This document shows, piece after piece, positions 34,364 to 44,328 of a stretch of DNA of 64,000 nt. The stretch lies in the NCBI GenBank assembly GCA_963843845.1, contig CAWJMB010000002.1:3232001-3296000 (forward strand). The letters are read 5' to 3'. How positions within the stretch are numbered: position 1 is the first letter of the stretch; the number at the start of each line of letters is the position of its first letter. The DNA comes from an uncultured Gemmatimonadaceae bacterium. Lineage in GTDB: Bacteria; Gemmatimonadota; Gemmatimonadetes; Gemmatimonadales; Gemmatimonadaceae. Made by a program: the position numbers and the translations under genes. A model generated the notes under the pieces. It was not told the origin of the DNA. It did no database searches and was given only the letters and a program-made list of their open reading frames with translations.

Positions 34364-35331
34364 GGCCAGGGGGTCGGGGGAGCGGAGATCGGGCCGGGCG
34401 CGCGGGGCGCCCCCGCGTACGGCTCCATGTGCACGAGCACGCCGGCCACCGCCGGCACGGCGCGGCGGATGGCGCTCTTCACGCACCCGCCGAGCGTGTG
34501 CGCATCGGCGAGCGGCGTCGCCGGGTCGGCCTGCACGTGGATGTCGACGAAATAGTGCGGCCCGGCGCGCCGCACCACGAGCTTCTCGATCGCGAGCACG
34601 CCCGCTACGGCTTCCGCCGCGCAGGCGACCGGGCCGAGCACGTCGTCGCCCGGCATGCGGTCCATCAGATCGTGCAGCGCGGGGCGGAGCAGCTGCACGC
34701 CGTTGTAGGCGATCACCCCCGCCGCGAACAGCGCCGCCCAGTCGTCGGCCGTCGCCCACCGCGGGCCCCCGCCGAGCTGGCTGCCGAGCACCGCGACCCC
34801 GATGCCGATCCCCGCCGCGGCCGAGGTGATCGCGTCGCTCAGGTGGTGTGAGGCGTCGGCCGCGACGGCGGGGCTGCCGAGGTCCGCGCCGAGCGCCTGC
34901 GCCCGCCGCGCGAGCCCCCACTTCACGGCGAGCACGACGACGAGCACCGCGAGCGTCCACGGCGCCGGCACGGCGTGCGGCGCGCGGATCTGCCGTGCCG
35001 CCTCGATGGCGATGCCGACCGCCGCGCCGAGCATGAGCAGCGACACCGCCGCGCTCGCGAGCGCCTCCGCCTTGCCGTGGCCGTAGGGGTGGTCGTCGTC
35101 GGCCGGCTGCGCGGCGATCGCGAGCCCGCCCCACACGATCGCCGAGGCGAGGATGTCGGCCATCGACTCGGCCGCGTCGGCGACGAGCGCGTAGGCGTTC
35201 CCGACGATCCCCGCCGCGAGCTTCACCACCGCGAGCGCGGCGTTGAGCACGAGCCCGAGCTGCGCGACGCGGATCGCCCGGCGCGACGGGGGCGACGAAC
35301 GCGGGAGCGAGAGAGACGGCGAGGTCGACAA
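34360..35331 (-). CDS. Cation diffusion facilitator family transporter
   Basis: ALVADAAES, PADDDHPYGHGKAE, HHLSD, VDIHVQ, VLVHMEP; start uncertain. Confidence 0.92.
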
Positions 35332-35409
35332 GCGCGGCAATCTACACGCCGGGGAACGTGGCTTGCCCTGTCGGGAGATCCTCATCGCCCCGACACCGGA
35401 GTGCACCAC

Positions 35410-35598
35410 ATGCTCGGATACTTCGCTTCAGGACTGCTGTCGCGCACCGCCTCGCGCCGCCTCGCGCGCGTCATCCCGAACCCGTTCGTGCGCGCCGCCG
35501 TCGTCGCCGCGGCCGGCTACGCGATCACCCGCTTCATGGAGAAGCGGCAGACGACCGCGTCGCGGGCACCGCGCACGCCGCGCATGCGGACCGCCTGA
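35410..35598 (+). CDS. Small basic hypothetical protein (62 aa)
   Basis: GGAG RBS, ATG start, followed by a palindrome. Confidence 0.5.
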   Translation: MLGYFASGLLSRTASRRLARVIPNPFVRAAVVAAAGYAITRFMEKRQTTASRAPRTPRMRTA

Positions 35599-35610
35599 GT
35601 CGCGGGGGCG

Positions 35611-35652
35611 GAACGACGACGGCCGGGCATCGATGCCCGGCCGTCGTCGTTC
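35611..35652. terminator. Perfect 42-bp palindrome between convergent genes
   Basis: gaacgacgacggccgggcatc|gatgcccggccgtcgtcgttc. Confidence 0.6.
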
Positions 35653-35669
35653 GGGCGCGTGCGCGCGCG

Positions 35670-36374
35670 TCAGGCCGCCGCGCGCCGCCGCCGAGCCGTC
35701 GCCCCGACCAGCACGAGCCCGCCCGCGACGAGGACGAGCGTGGCCGGCTCCGGCGTCGCGACGACCGCCGGCCCGACGCGCCCGGCGACGTTGTCGATCC
35801 CCGTGTTGTAGGCGTCCTGCGGCGCGCCGCCGGCGGCGCTCAGCCCGGACCACTGCACGCGGAGGCCGGTCGCCGACGACACGGCCGCGGCGAACGACGC
35901 GTGGGTGGTAGTGCCGACCGTCGCGCCGCCGGCGCTGTAGAGCAGGTTGTACGCGGAGTCGTAGACGCGCAGCTCGACCGGGCGGCTGACGGAGTTGAAG
36001 GCGCCGAGGTCCGCGCTGCCGAAGAACACGCTGTTGCCGCCGAGCGGCGTCAGCAGGATCTCGCCGACCTGAACGTTGCCGCCGCCCCCGCCGGCACCGT
36101 CGCGCGCGAAGTACGCGACGTCGACGAGGTCGTTGTACCCGGTGTTCCAGTAGTACGCCGACGAGGCGACGACCGTCCCGTTCCCCCAGTCCGTGCGGCC
36201 GATGTACGACACGTCGAGCGCGCCGGGGATGTCACCGTAGGTCCCCGGGATCGCGCCATAGTTCGGCAGCCCGAGGCCGGAGAACGTCAGGTCGAACGAC
36301 TGCGCCCCGGCGGGGAGGGCGACGGCCACCGTCAGGGCGACCGCGGCGACGCGGGAGAGGAGAGACGAGGACAT
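35670..36374 (-). CDS. PEP-CTERM sorting-domain surface protein
   Basis: Signal peptide (LPAGAQ); ATPEPATLVLVAGGLVLVGATARRRR. Confidence 0.88.
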   Translation of the reverse strand: MSSSLLSRVAAVALTVAVALPAGAQSFDLTFSGLGLPNYGAIPGTYGDIPGALDVSYIGRTDWGNGTVVASSAYYWNTGYNDLVDVAYFARDGAGGGGGNVQVGEILLTPLGGNSVFFGSADLGAFNSVSRPVELRVYDSAYNLLYSAGGATVGTTTHASFAAAVSSATGLRVQWSGLSAAGGAPQDAYNTGIDNVAGRVGPAVVATPEPATLVLVAGGLVLVGATARRRRAAA

Positions 36375-36507
36375 GGCGATGGTCACGACGGGATGGGAAA
36401 GGCGGCAGCGGGATGCGAGACGGACACAACATTGGCGCCATCGTACGAACGCGCAAACTGTCGCCGGTTCGCCTCACCCGACCCGCCACCCCGCCGCGCC
36501 GCCGTCG

Positions 36508-37233
36508 TCAGGTGCTGCGCAGCGCCGCCGCCCCCATCTCCTGCGCGCGCCCGAACGCGTAGACCCCCGACGGCTGCACGATCAGCCCGGGCACGACCCC
36601 GTCGCGCAGCTCCGCCTGGATCGTCGCCGCGTCGGCGCCGACCTTCGCCGCGATCCCGCGCGCCACGCGGCCGAGCGCGAGGTTGCACGCGAGCACGATC
36701 CCGCCGCTGCGAATGACGCCTTCGACCGTGGGGTCGGTCTCCGGCCCGAGCATCGCGACGAGATCCGGACTCACCGCCGTCCCCGCCGGCGTGCGCGACC
36801 ACGGATTCCGCTCGGCCGGCTGCTTCGTGGTCGGGTCGGTGATGCCGCGCAGCGCGCCGATGCCGTACTTCGCCCAGAGCGCGTCGTCGATCGCGAGCGG
36901 GATCGCGGCGTGGCGCAGCACGACGATCGGCACCACGGCGCTCCCCGTCACGCCGAGCGCCTCGCGGTAGCCGGCGCGGTAGATCCACGGCTGCGTCAGC
37001 ATCATCCCGTCGCCGACTTCGGTGCCGTCGAACACCATCGCGTGCTTCGCCGCCTTCACGCGCGCGGTCCACGAATCGTCGAACCGGAACGGCGCACTCG
37101 TCGCCGGCGGCGCGTCGGCGTCGGCGTCGGCCGCGTCCGCGTCGGCGAACGGAACGAGCGATGCGGCCGCGGCCGAGGCGGCCGACGCAGCGATCGTCGC
37201 GAGGAAGTCGCGGCGCGAGCGGTCAGAGGGCAT
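36508..37233 (-). CDS. Tat-exported protein, possibly DsrE-like (paralogue of 37943-38647)
   Basis: SRRDFL Tat motif; DDSWT, VVLRH, DDALWAKY, VLACN, QPSG. Confidence 0.75.
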   Translation of the reverse strand: MPSDRSRRDFLATIAASAASAAAASLVPFADADAADADADAPPATSAPFRFDDSWTARVKAAKHAMVFDGTEVGDGMMLTQPWIYRAGYREALGVTGSAVVPIVVLRHAAIPLAIDDALWAKYGIGALRGITDPTTKQPAERNPWSRTPAGTAVSPDLVAMLGPETDPTVEGVIRSGGIVLACNLALGRVARGIAAKVGADAATIQAELRDGVVPGLIVQPSGVYAFGRAQEMGAAALRST

Positions 37234-37238
37234 GAGGG

Positions 37239-37967
37239 TCACCTGGCAGGAGCGAGGAGAGGGTACGGGTCGATCGGCGTGCCGGCCCACCAGCGCGCCG
37301 GGTCGCCGACGCGCGCGATGGCGAAATGTAGATGCGGCGCCCCCTGGGACCCATTTCCCGTCGTGCCGACGGCGCCGAGCGTCTCGCCGCGGCGCACCGT
37401 CGCCCCGTCGGCCAGTCCGTCGCGGTACCGATCGAGGTGCGCGTAGTAGAACATGAACCGGCCGTCCGGGCTGAGCACGTACACCGTGAGCCCGCCGGCC
37501 GCACTCGTGAACAGCTTCGCGACGCGCCCGTCGTCGGCCGAGAGCACCGGCGTGCCGCGCGGCGCCATGATGTCGAGCGCCTCGTGCCGGCGCGCGCCGC
37601 CGCCGCGCGTCTCGTCGAAGGTCGGGCGAAGCTGCGACGGCGCGACGCCCTGCACGGGCACGAGCAGTTGCCGCGCGCGCAGCAGCGCGACGTCGCTCGG
37701 CGCGACGGGCGCCGGAAGGGGGATCGTCGGCAGCAGCGCGAGCGAGTCGCCGCCGCCGAACGCGTCGCCGAACGCGAACAGCGTGTCACGCACGCGCACC
37801 GTGTCCACGCGCACCACCGTGTCGACGCGAACGACGGTGTCCGGCGCGCCACTCCCTGCGCCATCCGACGCGCCGCCGTCGCGCCTGATCGTGACGTCGC
37901 AGCCGGCGAGCACCGTCGCCGCAGCTGCAACGACGGTCGCGATCAGGTGGAGCGCATGAACACGCAC
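37239..37967 (-). CDS. M23 family metallopeptidase lipoprotein
   Basis: LAGC lipobox; HEALD, YYAHL, PHLHF, IDPYP; start uncertain. Confidence 0.9.
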   Translation of the reverse strand: MRVHALHLIATVVAAAATVLAGCDVTIRRDGGASDGAGSGAPDTVVRVDTVVRVDTVRVRDTLFAFGDAFGGGDSLALLPTIPLPAPVAPSDVALLRARQLLVPVQGVAPSQLRPTFDETRGGGARRHEALDIMAPRGTPVLSADDGRVAKLFTSAAGGLTVYVLSPDGRFMFYYAHLDRYRDGLADGATVRRGETLGAVGTTGNGSQGAPHLHFAIARVGDPARWWAGTPIDPYPLLAPAR

Positions 37968-38647
37968 CCGACCTCCTGCGCGCGGATCGTCGCGTAGATC
38001 CCCGACGGCTGCAGAATGACCCCGGGCACGAGCCCGGCGCGGAACTCGGTCAGCACCGCGCCGCGGTCGAGCTTCCGCTCCGCGGCGATCTGCCCTGCGA
38101 AGCCGGTGAGCGCCTGGTTGCAGGCGAGCACCGTGACGCCGCTCTTCAGCATCCCTTCGAGCAGCGACGGCTCCATCCCCTTCTCCTTGTCGTCGTGGGG
38201 GCGCGAGAAGGGATTGAACGTGTACCACTGCTTCGTCGCCGGGTGCTTGTACTTCACCGCCTTGCCGACGTCGTACTTCGCCCAGAGCGCGTCGTCCATC
38301 GCGAGCGCCGTCCCGAGGTGGCGCAGCACGAGGACCGGGTGCACGTCGCCCTCCGCCGTGTTGAACACCGCCTTGTAGCCGCGCAGATACGTGCCGACGT
38401 GGAACAGCCCGAGCCCGTCGGCGACGTCGGGCGCATCGAAGACGGCCTTGTGCTTCGCGGCCTGCACCTTCGCCGTCCACGAGTCGTCGTACGTGAGCGC
38501 GGCGGGCGGCGTGGCCGGGCGCGCCGGGGCGGGCGCGGCGGCGGGCGGTTGAGCGGTGGCGCGCGCGCAGGCGCCTAACGTCGTGGCGGCGGTCACGGCG
38601 GCGAGCTGCGCGAGGAAGTCGCGGCGCGGAGTCGAGTCGGTGGACAT
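37943..38647 (-). CDS. Tat-exported (lipo)protein, possibly DsrE-like
   Basis: PRRDFL, LGAC; DDSWT, LVLRH, DDALWAKY, VLACN, QPSG. Confidence 0.75.
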   Translation of the reverse strand: MSTDSTPRRDFLAQLAAVTAATTLGACARATAQPPAAAPAPARPATPPAALTYDDSWTAKVQAAKHKAVFDAPDVADGLGLFHVGTYLRGYKAVFNTAEGDVHPVLVLRHLGTALAMDDALWAKYDVGKAVKYKHPATKQWYTFNPFSRPHDDKEKGMEPSLLEGMLKSGVTVLACNQALTGFAGQIAAERKLDRGAVLTEFRAGLVPGVILQPSGIYATIRAQEVGCVFMRST

Positions 38648-38761
38648 GGAGAGGCGGAGGTCGGGAAACGTTGGGCAGCGACGCGTTAGGCAGCAAACGA
38701 CGAGCGGCCGAACCCGGGGAAGGATTCGGCCGCTCGCGACGCGCAGGTCACACGATGCGGC

Positions 38762-40846
38762 TCACCAGATCTGCGCGCGCTTGTCCGCCGGGCGGACCAT
38801 CGCGTCGCCGTCCTTGCAGCCCCAGGCCGCCTTGAACTCAGGCATGTTGCTGAACGGGCCGTTCACGCGCCAGATCCCCGGCGCGTGCACGTTCGTCAGG
38901 ATCTGATTGCGCTGGGACTCCGGCCGCACCTGCTCGCGCCACACCTGCGCCCAGCCGAGGAAGAAGCGCTGCTCCGGCGTGAAGCCGTCGACCTTCGTCC
39001 GCGGCTTGCCGGCGAGCGCCTTCTCCATCGCTGCGTAGGCGATCTGCAGCCCGCCCAGGTCGCCGATGTTCTCGCCGAGCGTGAGCGCGCCCTTCACGTG
39101 CGTCGCGGTGTCGATGACCGTGTACGCGTCGAACTGCTCGACGACGCGCTGCGCCTGCGTCTTGTACTTCGCCGCGTCCTCCGGCGTCCACCAGTCGCGC
39201 AGCGTGCCCTTCGCATCGAACTGGCGCCCCTGGTCGTCGAAGCCGTGCGACATCTCGTGCCCGATGACGGCGCCCATCGCGCCGTAGTTCACCGCGTCGT
39301 CCGCCGCCGGGTTGAAGAACGGGAACTGGAGAATGCCGGCCGGGAACACGATCTCGTTCCAGTCGGGGCGGTAGTACGCGTTCACCGTCGACGGGCTCAT
39401 GACCCACTCGCCCTTGTCGACCGGCCGGCCGAGCTTCGCCCACTGCACGTCGTTCGCCCAGTCGGTGACGCGGCGCACGTTCGCGTAGTACGAGCCGTCG
39501 GTCACGACGAGCTTCCCGTAGTCGCGCCACGCGTCCGGGTAGCCGATCTTCTGCGTGAACGCGGCGAGCTTCGTGAGCGCCTGCTGCTTCGTCGCGGGGC
39601 TCATCCACTCCAGCCGCTCGATCCGCGCCTCGAGCGCCGCGCGGAGGTTGTTCACGATCGCGTTCGCGCGCGCCTTGTCGTGCGCCGTGAACGTGCGCGC
39701 GACGTACTCCTGCCCCACGGCCTCGCCCAGCGCGCCGTTCGTCGCGCTCACGCACCGCTTCCAGCGCGGCAGCTGCTCCTTCGCGCCCGAGAAGAGCTGG
39801 GAGAAGCGGAAGTTCTCGTTCGCGAACGCCGAGGTGAGCATCCCCGCCGCGCCGTGCAGCGCGTGGGCGCGGAAGTAGGCACGCCACACGTCCGCCGGCT
39901 CGCTCGCGAGCAGCGAGTCGACGCCGACGAAGAACTCCGGGTTGCGCACGTTCACGTCGGTGAACGCCGCCGCCGTCGTGCCCGCCGGAGACGCCGCCCT
40001 GAAGTACGCCGCCCAGTCGATGTGCGGCGTCGACTTCTGGAACTCGGCGAGCGTCATCTTGTGGTAGACGGCGTTCGGGTCGCGCATCTGCACGCGCGAC
40101 ATCTGCGCCTTCGCCATCTTCGTCTCGAGCGCGAGCACCTTCGCCGCGTCGGCCTGCGCGTCGGCCTGCGTCGCCCCGGCGAGCGTGAACAGCGTCACGA
40201 GGTGCGCGGCGTAGGCGTCGCGGAACTGCTGGAAGCGCGGATTGTCGACGAGGTAGATGTCGCGGTCCGGCAGCACCGTACCGCCCTGCGCGGCGGTGAC
40301 GATGAGCGCGCTCGAGTTCTTCGGGTCGGGGCCGGGGCCGGCGCCGAACGGCGCGAGCCCCGCCTCGGCCTCGAGGTCGGCGATCGCGCGCCGCACGTCG
40401 TCGCTCGTGCGGATCGCGTCGATGCGCGCGAGCACCGGCGTGATCGGCTCGATCCCCGCCCGCTCGGCGGCGGAGGAGTCCATGCACGAGCGGAAGAAGG
40501 CGCCGATCTTCTGCACGTTCGCCGCGGCGCCCGTCGGCTTCGCCGTGGACGCCCGGGTCGTGGCCGGGGCGACGGCCGCGGCCTTCTCGATGATGTCGCG
40601 CAGGACGAGCTGGTTCTGGTCGGCGAGCGCCTCGAAGCTTCCCCAGCTCGGATAGGCGGCGGGAATCTGCGTGCGCTTCAACCAGCCGCCGTTCGCGAAC
40701 TGATAGAAGTTCGTACAGGCGGCGCAGGTCGTGTCGAGGTTCGCGCGGTCGAGCGGGGGCGGCGCGGTGTGCCCCGGCTGCGCGCCGGCGGTCGCGAGGG
40801 CCGCGAGCGCCGAGGCGCCCGCGAGAGTGAGACGACGGAGAGACAT
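38762..40846 (-). CDS. M13 family metalloendopeptidase (PepO/neprilysin-like)
   Basis: NFYQFANGGW, VNAYY, HEMSHGFDDQG, GENIGD. Confidence 0.97.
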   Translation of the reverse strand: MSLRRLTLAGASALAALATAGAQPGHTAPPPLDRANLDTTCAACTNFYQFANGGWLKRTQIPAAYPSWGSFEALADQNQLVLRDIIEKAAAVAPATTRASTAKPTGAAANVQKIGAFFRSCMDSSAAERAGIEPITPVLARIDAIRTSDDVRRAIADLEAEAGLAPFGAGPGPDPKNSSALIVTAAQGGTVLPDRDIYLVDNPRFQQFRDAYAAHLVTLFTLAGATQADAQADAAKVLALETKMAKAQMSRVQMRDPNAVYHKMTLAEFQKSTPHIDWAAYFRAASPAGTTAAAFTDVNVRNPEFFVGVDSLLASEPADVWRAYFRAHALHGAAGMLTSAFANENFRFSQLFSGAKEQLPRWKRCVSATNGALGEAVGQEYVARTFTAHDKARANAIVNNLRAALEARIERLEWMSPATKQQALTKLAAFTQKIGYPDAWRDYGKLVVTDGSYYANVRRVTDWANDVQWAKLGRPVDKGEWVMSPSTVNAYYRPDWNEIVFPAGILQFPFFNPAADDAVNYGAMGAVIGHEMSHGFDDQGRQFDAKGTLRDWWTPEDAAKYKTQAQRVVEQFDAYTVIDTATHVKGALTLGENIGDLGGLQIAYAAMEKALAGKPRTKVDGFTPEQRFFLGWAQVWREQVRPESQRNQILTNVHAPGIWRVNGPFSNMPEFKAAWGCKDGDAMVRPADKRAQIW

Positions 40847-41064
40847 CGGGAGACGTTCGAGGATGGAGGGCGCCGAGGAGCGGCGTCGTGCGGAACGGAC
40901 GCGCGTGCGTGCGTCGACGGTCAGGAGACTGTGAGCATACCGGTGAGGTCACGTCGCGTTCCCCGCCGCGCGGAGCTGCGGCCGCGCACGTTGCCCGGGC
41001 GCGCCGCCGACCGTCATCCCGCCAGTTGCTCGGCGATTCCGGCCGAGCGTTCCGGCGCCGCGTC

Positions 41065-41940
41065 ATGCAGATCGATCACGTTCAGTTCCCCCTGCTCCTC
41101 CCCGCCGCTCCATTCAAGCGGTCGGTCAAAGTCGCACTCGGCGGCGCACTCGCGACCGTGCACCGCGAGCGTGTGGCGCAGCTCGCGGCCGGCGAGGTCG
41201 GCGACCGGCTCTCGGGAATCGACCGCCTCCTCGTCGCGCACCTCGTCGACCGCCACGAGCGCGCCGGATCGCTCGACCGGCTGGCACCGCTCCAGCGGTG
41301 GCTGTGGACGTGTGATCAGGCGGTCGAGTTCCACACCCAGGCGGAGGCGCGCTTCGATCGCTGGTGGCGTCGCGGCGCGTCGTGCATCGTCGCCCCGCTG
41401 CAGGCCACGCTGCACGCGGCGCCCGCTCCCTACCGGCAGCTCTGCGAGATCGGCTGCGGCTCGGGACTCGTGTTGAACGACCTCCGTGCGACGCTGCGCG
41501 GCGTCCCGGCGTTCCTCGGGCTCGACCTCAGCCCGACACAGATCGCGCGCAACCAGGCGCGCTTCGCCGACGCCGCGACGCGCCCGGTGCTGACGTTCGC
41601 CGCCGGCGACGCGACGACGTGGGTCCCGGCGCATGCCATGCCTGGCTGGATCTACTTCACGAACGCCGGCGTCCTCGAGTACCTGACCGGGCCGCAAGTC
41701 GCCGAGCTGTTCGCGCACGTCGCGCGGCACCTTCGCCCCGCCGTCTTCGCGCTCGCCGAGCCGATCGCGCCCGGCTACGACGTCATGCGCGAGACGCGCA
41801 CCCGGCCGTTCGGCGCGGAGCGAACGTTCTCGCACCCGTACGTGCATCTGCTCGAGCGCGCCGGGTGGACGATCGCGTGGACCGACGTCGGCGCGATCGA
41901 CGGCACCCGACTGCACTACGTGGTCGCGACGGCGCACTGA
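41065..41940 (+). CDS. Class I SAM-dependent methyltransferase
   Basis: EIGCGSG, GLDLS, AGDA, GVLEY. Confidence 0.75.
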   Translation: MQIDHVQFPLLLPAAPFKRSVKVALGGALATVHRERVAQLAAGEVGDRLSGIDRLLVAHLVDRHERAGSLDRLAPLQRWLWTCDQAVEFHTQAEARFDRWWRRGASCIVAPLQATLHAAPAPYRQLCEIGCGSGLVLNDLRATLRGVPAFLGLDLSPTQIARNQARFADAATRPVLTFAAGDATTWVPAHAMPGWIYFTNAGVLEYLTGPQVAELFAHVARHLRPAVFALAEPIAPGYDVMRETRTRPFGAERTFSHPYVHLLERAGWTIAWTDVGAIDGTRLHYVVATAH

Positions 41941-41964
41941 CGCACGCCGCCCACCGAGGCGAGC

Positions 41965-42090
41965 CGGCGGAATGTGCCGGCCACGGCAGGAAGTGCCGCG
42001 CCCGGACGATCGACCGTCGACGATCCATACGGCGTAACCTGCTGCCCGTGAACGACTTACGGAACTCGGCCGGACTGGTCTGCGGGTTGC
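41965..42090 (+). promoter_or_regulatory. flgB promoter: paired CGGCA-N5-TGCCG boxes, AT-richer 27-bp box, sigma54 site
   Basis: Boxes 41965-41979 and 41984-41998; 42034-42060; tGGtctgcgggttGC 42076-42090. Confidence 0.7.
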
Positions 42091-42124
42091 CTTCCCGACT
42101 GGTGTCCCGGAACCCGCCCCGATC

Positions 42125-42442
42125 ATGCTCTTCGGCTTCATCAATCGCGTCACCGGCGCCGCAGGGCTGCGCGACGGTCTCGACGTCAGCGCCGTCCGGA
42201 CACGGGCGATCGCCGACCGTGTCGCGAAAGCGTCGCTCGACAACGGCGACGGGTTCGCGCTGTCGGCGGGCGCGGGATCGGGCGGCGGAGCGGCGACGGC
42301 CGCGGGCAGCGCTGGCGCCGAGCCGGTCGACGTCGAGCGCGAGATGGTGAGCCTCGGCGACGAGCAGCTGCGCTACGAGGCGACGGCCAAGATGCTCGAG
42401 CGCACGTACGCGCAGCTCCGCACCGTCATCCGCGACCGCTGA
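42125..42442 (+). CDS. flgB: Basal-body rod protein FlgB
   Basis: RAIADRVAKA, VDVEREM, LRYEA; first gene before flgC. Confidence 0.85.
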   Translation: MLFGFINRVTGAAGLRDGLDVSAVRTRAIADRVAKASLDNGDGFALSAGAGSGGGAATAAGSAGAEPVDVEREMVSLGDEQLRYEATAKMLERTYAQLRTVIRDR

Positions 42443-43090
42443 TGCCCGACTTTCCCCGCCCGATCGGCTTCCTGCCGCAGATCGTCCCGCAGAGCGGGTC
42501 GACGGTGCGTCCGATGTTCGGCACGCTCGTCGATCGCCGCGAGCGGCCTCTCGGCGCAACGTCAGCGGATCGAGACCGTCGCCTCCAACCTCGCGAACGC
42601 CGAGACGACGCGAACCGACGGCGGCGGCGCCTACAAGCGCAGAGTCGCGATGCTGCAAGCCGCGACCGGCACGACGCACGCGTTCGGCGCGCCGCTCGTC
42701 GCCGGCGGCGCGGTGACGAGCGCGGGCTCTCCGTTCGGCGCGACCGCGTTCCAGGTCCCGTCGCTCGCCGGCCGCTCGGCCGGCGCCGCGTCGAGCGCCT
42801 GGCCGACCGACGCCCGCCGTGCGATCGAGGTCCCCGCGATCCGCGCCGACGACGTCGGCCCCGGCCAGTACGGCGTTCGCGTCGCGCAGATCGTGGAAGA
42901 CGCGTCCGAAGGGCCGCTCGTCTACGACCCCGGCCACCCCGACGCCGACGCGAACGGCTACGTCCGCTATCCGAACGTGCGCGTCTCCGACGAGATGATC
43001 GACCTGCTCGACGCCCGCCGCATCTACGAGGCGAACGCGACGGTCTTCCAGTCGGCGAAGGCGATGCTGAAGCGCGCGATCGACATCTGA
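42442..43090 (+). CDS. flgC: Basal-body rod protein FlgC (frameshift near 42528)
   Basis: IAASGLSAQRQRIETVASNLANAETT, YDPGHPDADANGYV, YEANA. Confidence 0.93.
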
Positions 43091-43112
43091 TCTCACTGTC
43101 CCGGCCCCTTCC

Positions 43113-43484
43113 ATGTCCGTCACTGGCGTCACGAACCCGCTGCTCAACAACCTCGGCACGATCGCTCGTCCGGCGGCGCGCCCCGGCGTCGCGCCCGGGC
43201 GGGCGGGGGTGGCCGGCGGGGCGACACCGTCTGCGGCGCCGGCGCTCCGACCGCAGCCGTCGCTCGCCGCGCCGGCGAACGCGCTCCCTGCCGAGGCGCC
43301 GGCGGGAACCGATCCGGAGCTGTGGAACGTGCTGACGTCCGACGAGCGCGCCTTCTTCGCGAAGGCCGCGTCGAACGGCCCGATCACCTACGGCCGGGTC
43401 GCGGCACGCCTCAACACCATGAACGGCTTCTCGAACCAGGCCGCGCCCCCCGCGCGCGGCGTGCGTCTCGACGTCCGCGCCTGA
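43113..43484 (+). CDS. Hypothetical protein between flgC and fliE
   Basis: Clean ORF; DPELWNVLTSDERAFF, ITYG, GVRLDVRA. Confidence 0.7.
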   Translation: MSVTGVTNPLLNNLGTIARPAARPGVAPGRAGVAGGATPSAAPALRPQPSLAAPANALPAEAPAGTDPELWNVLTSDERAFFAKAASNGPITYGRVAARLNTMNGFSNQAAPPARGVRLDVRA

Positions 43485-43497
43485 GGCCGCACCTCGC

Positions 43498-43857
43498 ATG
43501 GATCCGATCTCCGGCGCGGCGAGCCGCGCGTTCCAGAGCCTTCAGACGTTCCAGCCCGGCGGGCTCGGCGGCGTCCGGCCGCTCGACGGCGGCACGACGA
43601 CCGTTCCGGCGATCCGCCCGGGCGGCAACGCCGACGGGCTCTCGTTCGGTGAGACGCTGAAACAGTTCGCGACCGACGTCTCCGCGCAGCAGGACGCGGC
43701 GGCCGACATGCAGGGGCGCTTCCTGCGCGGCGAGAACGTCGAGCTGCACCAGGTGATGGCGGCGAGCGAGGAGGCCGGGATCGCGCTCGACATGATGGTC
43801 GAGCTGCGCAACAAAGTGACCGACGCGTATCGCACGCTCGTGAGCATGCAGTCCTAG
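43498..43857 (+). CDS. fliE: Hook-basal body protein FliE
   Basis: SFGETL, LHQVMAA, ELRNKVTDAYR, SMQ. Confidence 0.95.
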   Translation: MDPISGAASRAFQSLQTFQPGGLGGVRPLDGGTTTVPAIRPGGNADGLSFGETLKQFATDVSAQQDAAADMQGRFLRGENVELHQVMAASEEAGIALDMMVELRNKVTDAYRTLVSMQS

Positions 43858-43954
43858 GCGTCAGCCGCCTGCGTGCCGCGCCCGCGTCTGGCGGGCGCTG
43901 ACCGACCACCACGAAGTTCGGCGCGTGTGCGCGTAGCGCGTCCCCGCCGGTCGA

Positions 43955-43996
43955 CGGCGCCGTGCACGCGGCGCCGTGCACGCGGCGCTGTGCACG
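43955..43996. repeat. 14-bp tandem repeat x3
   Basis: cggcgc(c/t)gtgcacg x3. Confidence 0.8.
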
Positions 43997-44122
43997 CCGC
44001 TCGGCGACGCGCGCCGCGATCTGGAACGGGTGGCTCGCCGGTGGGACGACGCGCTCGCCCGCCTCGGATCGTTCGTCGAGCGCTCCGAGGCTCCGTAGCC
44101 GAGCCGTCCGCGGTCCGCCGAG

Positions 44123-44261
44123 CGGCAGAATGCGCCGTGATCTGAACGGCACATTCTGCCGCCCTACGCGGATGGACGCGCCCCGCCGAGTCCGGCCAGA
44201 CGGCGCAAGTGCTTGTCCGGCAACGAGTTGACGATCCCGGTCCATCTGGCCCGCGGCGTGC
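44123..44261 (+). promoter_or_regulatory. fliF promoter: paired palindromic boxes, 27-bp box, sigma54 site
   Basis: 44123-44137, 44147-44161; 44205-44231; tGGcccgcggcgtGC 44247-44261. Confidence 0.7.
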
Positions 44262-44328
44262 CTCTGAGGCGAGCGCTGGATCCCCCCGTCCTCGCTCGCC
44301 TCCCGCCTCCGCGCACCGCCCTCGCCGC

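Noticed and set aside
34369..34393. Sixth copy of the heptamer palindromic element
   Set aside because: Only one degenerate arm (ggggtcgggggagcggagatcggg), with no complementary arm
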